From Chrysomallon squamiferum (taxonomy: Eukaryota > Animalia > Mollusca), in assembly GCA_012295275.1 (NCBI GenBank), contig CM022676.1, forward strand, positions 6,014,001 through 6,078,000: DNA of 64,000 nt, written 5' to 3'. Of this stretch, positions 56,961 through 64,000 are shown one piece after another. Numbering within the stretch: the stretch's first letter is position 1; the number at the start of each line of letters is the position of its first letter. The notes beneath the pieces were generated by a model. It was not told the origin of the DNA. It saw nothing but the letters and a program-made list of their open reading frames with translations, and did not search any database. A program made the position numbers and the translations under genes.

Positions 56961-57438
56961 CTTTTCTGGTTGTTTTTTTTCTTTTTTCTTTTTTTTGTTG
57001 TTGATTCTCCATTCCAATCAAAAATCCATAAAAATACAACTAAAACAGAAGACACATTTTAATGTGGATTTTTCACCCCCCCAAAAAAAAAAACCCGCGC
57101 ACACACCAATGTGTGTTTTATGCAGGTGGGCCATGGGTCTGGGCAGAACAAAGCATGATGGGTGGCCGCTGCCAGGAATTATGGGATACATTTCACAACA
57201 GGTGTTGCATGTGTTGAAAGTGAAAGTAGCATTGTGAAAATGCTCCTGAAAATGCTCAGCATTTCCCGTTATCTGCGTGTTTAACTCGCGGTTTTGGGAA
57301 TTTTTATTTCTGTCTGCTTCTTCTTCTGTTTCAAATAATTTGTATAACATGTAGAAATCTTTTTATGACTTGTTTTTTTATTATTTTTTTTTTTTTTTGA
57401 GTTCTGTCCAGCTGTTTTGGGGTTAGTTATTTAAGTAT

Positions 57439-57493
<55 letters not shown>

Positions 57494-57872
57494 TTTTATC
57501 TTAACAGGTTGTTTTTAAAATTTTTTTTTTTTTTTTCTTTTTTTTTTTTTTAAATTTATTTTTTCAAAGTCTGTTTATTAGAATTTTCATTAACATTGTT
57601 TTCTTGTTCTTCCTGTTCTTTTTGAATTTTTAATTCAGTTATTTTTTTCCTGTTTCTTCCTTTTTTTCATCTTCTTTTTCTTGTTCTTCTTGAATTCTTC
57701 TTCTTCACGTTTTTCTTTTTCTTTTATTTTTCTTCTTCTTCTTATTCTTATTTTTATTATTATCATTACCACCACTACTACTACTTCTCTTACTAGTATT
57801 GCTACTACTATTACTACATCATCATCATTATCATCATCATCATTATCATTATCATCATCATCATCATCATCA

Positions 57873-57928
<56 letters not shown>

Positions 57929-57929
57929 T

Positions 57930-58015
57930 ATGCATCTTCACATTGAAAAATGTATCCTATAGAATTTCATAAACCAGTTGGAGGGACACTGGTTAGAATG
58001 GGATATATATTTGTG
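57930..58015 (-). mobile_element. Short remnant of the same SINE-like element
   Basis: AAACCAGTTGGAGGGACACTGGTTAGAAT resembles AACCAGTCCCAGAGCACTGGTTGGAAT at about 45379-45406. Confidence 0.4.
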
Positions 58016-58751
58016 TTTCACATAGTAGTTATATAATTCACACAGAAAGGTGTATACCACAGTCTTACCTTCAAATAATTGAGTAATTCACATGTTCTTT
58101 GATAAACTGATTGTGAGATGGTGGGTTGGAATTGGAAATTAATGCTTCTGAAGTTATACTTATTATACAATTCATGGAGAAGAGTGCATACCAATGCCAG
58201 TTTGAAAATATTTTTTTTAATCATATCACCTGAAAAAAAGAATTTACATTTATTCTAATAAAACCAAATGTTTTTTATTTTTATCTTTAATTTAAAAATC
58301 AGATGGAAAAGAATGTCATTGGTTTTCGATTCTTCGTTGTAATTAAATAAAGAAACAAGGGAAACATCCGTTTGTCTGTTCATCTCGTTAATAAACCTCA
58401 CATTGCTGAAGGCAAATTAAGCAGAAATGAGTTGGACAGACACATGCAGACTGTTGCTGAAATAACTCGTATACCATCCATCACATCGTTTAATTACCCA
58501 AACTGGACAGGGAATTAATTACTGGAAACGAACGACTTCGCTTTCTGTTACAAATTACCCATGATTAGTCTTTCATCACAGCTCAAAATGAGCTTCTCCT
58601 TGCAGCGGAGTTATGTCCCTTTGTGGTCATAAATTATGGCTTCGGGGGGGAGGAGGGACGGGGGGGGGAATGTTCTGACCAGTGGTGATGGAAGTTTGGC
58701 CACTCTTTGTGTGAACGGAGTGTGTGGAAATTTGACCATTTTGTGTGAAAG

Positions 58752-58783
<32 letters not shown>

Positions 58784-59564
58784 GATGTTTGGCTACTTTC
58801 TGAAATAAATGTTTCAGTCAGTGAAAATAATAGATAGTAGATAGTAGTTGTTGTAGAAATACTAGTAATAGTAGTATTAGTAGTAAGAATAATAATAATG
58901 TAAATAACTGTACTAACAACAACAACAATAATAAAAAGATTGTTGTAGTAGTTGCATTATGTTGAACTTTAAAAACGATGACACCGTAATTTAGCAACTG
59001 TTGTTGTAGTAGTAGTTGTTCAATACAAAACAAGGCTGATGTTAATGATGATGGTACTAACATAGTAGCTGTTGTAGTTGTTGATGACGATGATGATGAT
59101 GATGACATTTCAGTGGTGCAGTTATTATAGTAGTTGATTTAATGTTGATGATGATGATGATGATGATGTACGATTTGAAGAAAACATAATACAGATGCTG
59201 CCATAGCAGTTGCATGATGATAAAACATTGATGATGATGATGATGACACCTTGAACTGATGAAACCATAACACAGTAGCTGTTGTCATAGCTGTATGTTG
59301 GCAACACATTCGTAATTACCACTACTTGTAAACTGTTAAGACCCTAATGCCGTAACAGCTGTAGTAGTAGCTGGTCGCTGATGACACGTTGATGATGATG
59401 GCGGTCAGTCTGGCGTGATGGATGGACAGTGGTCAGTTCGATGATGGACGGAATGGCTATTTCTGGACTGATGACAGGAGCTGGTGTTATTGGTCAGCTG
59501 ATTGCGTGTGGTGGTGACTGATCTGTTTTGTTTAATATTCATCACGGTCCATGTTCTTCCTGTG

Positions 59565-60312
<748 letters not shown>

Positions 60313-60582
60313 CTTTTCTCTATATATTAACAAGCTCGTGAATCTGTCACACATTTTGAAACACGTGGTTAAAAACCACAAAAGCCTTTGTCACCTAAAT
60401 GGTTAACCACAGTCTTTTTTGTTACATCTGCTTTGAAACATCTGGGGTTAACCCCCTGGGCAGGAATCTGACCCCCAGCCGAGAAAACAAGTTACTATGA
60501 CAGGAAGCAGTGAGCTTTGATTTAATTACCTCCCTTTGATCTCTTGTGTTGGGGTTATTTTTTTTTTTTTTTTTTTGAAATG

Positions 60583-60613
<31 letters not shown>

Positions 60614-61839
60614 TTCGGCTGTGGTGATGTGAATTGTAAAGTGTGTCAATTTAAACCAGATTTGCTTGATAAAAATGTAATGAAGAAAAGGGAAAAAAGC
60701 TGGAGATGAAATCTGAGATGTGTTAGAAATAATGGGATAAATGGTTCAATTTATGACTCAGTTTTTTTAGTTCTTGTTTTTTTTTTTTTTTTGTTGTTGG
60801 TTATGTATCGACTTTTGAAAGTTCTCAAAAATGGTGAATTTTATTTAACAGGTGAAACTGAAAGGATGGTGGTTATTTAAAAAATTAAGATGAAAAGAAC
60901 AAATACAAGAAAATACTGTTTTTGTATTTATGTGAGGCTGTGCGAAAGGTGTCTGTATGAATATATGTCTGTGCATGTGTCTGTGTATTCAAGTAAGACA
61001 ACTGTTCAAGGGAAAATATTTTCACAAAAATCTAAGGAGAAAAAGTAAAGTTTTCACTTAACCAAAGAAAGGAAATAATCTCAAAGATTAAAAATGTTTT
61101 ATTTTATTATATTAAAAAATAATTCTTTAAACATTTGTTGTGGAAGGAAACAGTTATGTTAATTCAAGATCAAATTCTGTCATCCATAAAAAAATAAATT
61201 CTTAAAGTGTCTGTTCAAGGTAATTTTATAATGTTCACAGAAAAAATATTTATACAATTTTTAGGATAAAAAAAAGATATAAATAAATAAATAAATAAAT
61301 TGATAAATAAATAAAACCAATTTTGACTGATCATTTTTAGTCAAAACTGTTGTATACTTAACCTAAAGATCCTGGTATCAATTTATAAAAAAAAATTGTT
61401 TACAGAATAATTTATTTTATTTATCACACCTCAAAGTTTAACAATTAAAAAAAACAAAAAACACAACTGCAATAATAAAATTTGATTTACAGTTAGAGAG
61501 ATCTATTTTTATTTATCTCAATCCAGATTTTTAAAGTTTCTTCTATCTAAAAGTTACTCTAAACAAAGAACCAGACAAAACCAATTGCTTCTGTCAGTGA
61601 AGTGAAATAAAAACGTTTTAACTTTTCAACATTTACTCTGCATCCACAACTGTGTAACAGGTGCAGCTATAACCTGTCTCCATAATCACAATTTATTCCC
61701 AATCCAAACCATCAGCAGGGAGCTCTAGATCACTCTCACCTAAACATTAAATCATCATCATCCAGACTGTAGTTGACATAACCCAGACATCAGCAAAAGA
61801 TTTCCCATCCGAAGACTTCAATAAAATCACCACAGTTTG

Positions 61840-62314
<475 letters not shown>

Positions 62315-63074
62315 CCATTGCAAAAATAACTGATGGCCGTTTAAACACTTATTTGTTTACATGTCTGGAGCAATAGTTTATGCTGAGCAGGTCGTTTGCC
62401 AGTTCCAGAATCACCTCGCACAAAGGCTGGTGTTGTTTTTGTTTATAAACAGCCGTCTGGCCATCTGGCCCACTCTCTGCCATTTTGGTATCCTATGTCA
62501 GTCAGCGACTTCATTCATCTTGTTTGATAGAACAGCAAGACAACATGTGTGTACTCGGGTTAACCCTTAGTGGGAGGTAGAGAAGTCGGGGAAGGAGAGT
62601 TATTGCCGAAGGGAGGTAACTGCAGTGAGGGTGGTGTTTTGATTAGAATTAATTAGAATTTGTTGATTGTGAGTGTGATAAAATAAGATAAGGGTGTTTT
62701 TTGTTTGTTTGTTTTTTGTTTTTTTTAAATTAATGCTGGATATGTGTGATGTGATGGGGGTATACACTGAATATGATTAAAAATATCATACAGATGTAAT
62801 ATAAAAAACATGATGATAATGTAACATATTTGGTTAATGTATTTGGTAGAAGGTTATTTAAATATTTTATTTAAAACTTTACCTGTCTTCATAGTTCCCA
62901 AATAAGAGAGATTTCAAAAAGGAAATTAATTAAATGTAACAAGTGAATTATTTTATGAAAATCAGAAAATTGTTTCATCTATCAAAAAATATATATATAT
63001 ATTTAAGGTATTGTAGGTTTCTGGTTTGGTAACTGCTAAATTATAAATCCTGATGTGAATTTTCTACCTTTGGA

Positions 63075-63355
63075 TCAAAGACAATTCTTTCAAAGGGAGT
63101 TAATTACTGTTACGGTTTTATATATATGTTGAAATTTTCTTACCTCAGAGTTAAAAAGAATTACTACAAAGGGAGTTAATTACTTTCACAATTATTCAGT
63201 TACAAAACCCTTATGATCTTGAATTTATTTCCTCAGAATGAAAGAGAATTTCCCATAAAGGGAGTTAATTAAAGGCACAGTAATTGAGCTTTTATTTATA
63301 ACTTTCTTATCTCTGTCTGAAAGAGAATTCCATCAAAGGGAATTAATTACTTTAA
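63075..63355. repeat. Degenerate ~80 bp repeat, 4 copies, conserved core AAAGGGARTTAATTA
   Basis: Core at about 63092, 63168, 63257 and 63335. Confidence 0.8.
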
Positions 63356-64000
63356 CAGTGCTTCTTATGTTATGAACCCTTAATATATGAATCTGTTACT
63401 TTAAAAATAAATAGTGATTTGAAGAAATCGTCCAAATATATGTTGCATTCTTACAAATTATATCTTATTTTTTTGTTATTTTTATTTTTGTCTTCTTTCT
63501 TAATTAGTGAAGTCCATTTTTTTTTAAATATATGGGCAAACATGTCTGATAACAAATATGTCTGTCATTCCATCAGGTATTTGAACATGCCAGACACCTG
63601 GTTGTTAAGAGACAAAATGGCAACAGTGATATGTTTGTAACAGTTTTATTTTATTGTAGTTCTATCTTTGAGATCAATAATCACTCACACAAACCAATAA
63701 AATTATTTTATTATAAACTTGTTAAATAAATATTAACAATTTTATTAGACCATTTACTAGCACAATCATAATATATGATTTTACAACCTCAAAAGTAAGA
63801 AGAGTCTCTATTAAAGGGAGATAATTTACTGATACATCAGCTCATCAGAAAAAAAAAGAAAAAAAAAAGAGAGAATTTTTTAAAAACAATCTAATGTTTT
63901 GATTTTTTTTGTCTTTAACAAGAAGGATGGTCCACATATGTTTTCTAACACAACCCACGATGACAAGAATATTATCTTGCCAACACTGAACAGATTTCAC

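Noticed and set aside
59330-59550. GC-richer, codon-like stretch
   Set aside because: Stops in the three minus-strand frames I translated, no long plus-strand ORF in the track, and no flanking splice signals; treated as a non-coding island.

Overview
Strongly AT-rich, microsatellite-saturated eukaryotic (animal) non-coding DNA. I find no credible protein-coding exon, tRNA, rRNA or CRISPR array. Almost every ORF in the track is a translation of a simple repeat (poly-SL, HT/CV, ER, poly-I/L/F/K). The window holds dozens of microsatellites, about 15 minisatellites or short tandem duplications, and at least four old fragments of one SINE-like element. From memory these resemble a MetaSINE-type element of marine invertebrates, tentatively pointing to a mollusc; this is unverified. 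Two things stand out. (1) Two plus-strand sites 29,048 bp apart share TTTCAG|GTAAGT (junctions 18590/18591 and 47638/47639). Each has a branch-point candidate, a polypyrimidine tract and a 61-75 nt cryptic exon closed in all three frames. This is the architecture of recursive-splicing ratchet points, implying the window lies inside a giant intron. (2) Roughly every 1-2.5 kb there is a 200-600 bp complex, GC-richer island with A/C-rich sequence on its left and G/T-rich sequence on its right, giving a saw-tooth skew. The islands repeatedly carry YY1/Pho-like, TCF, CTCF, TGACAG and an unassigned AAGGGAGRTAAYT motif.
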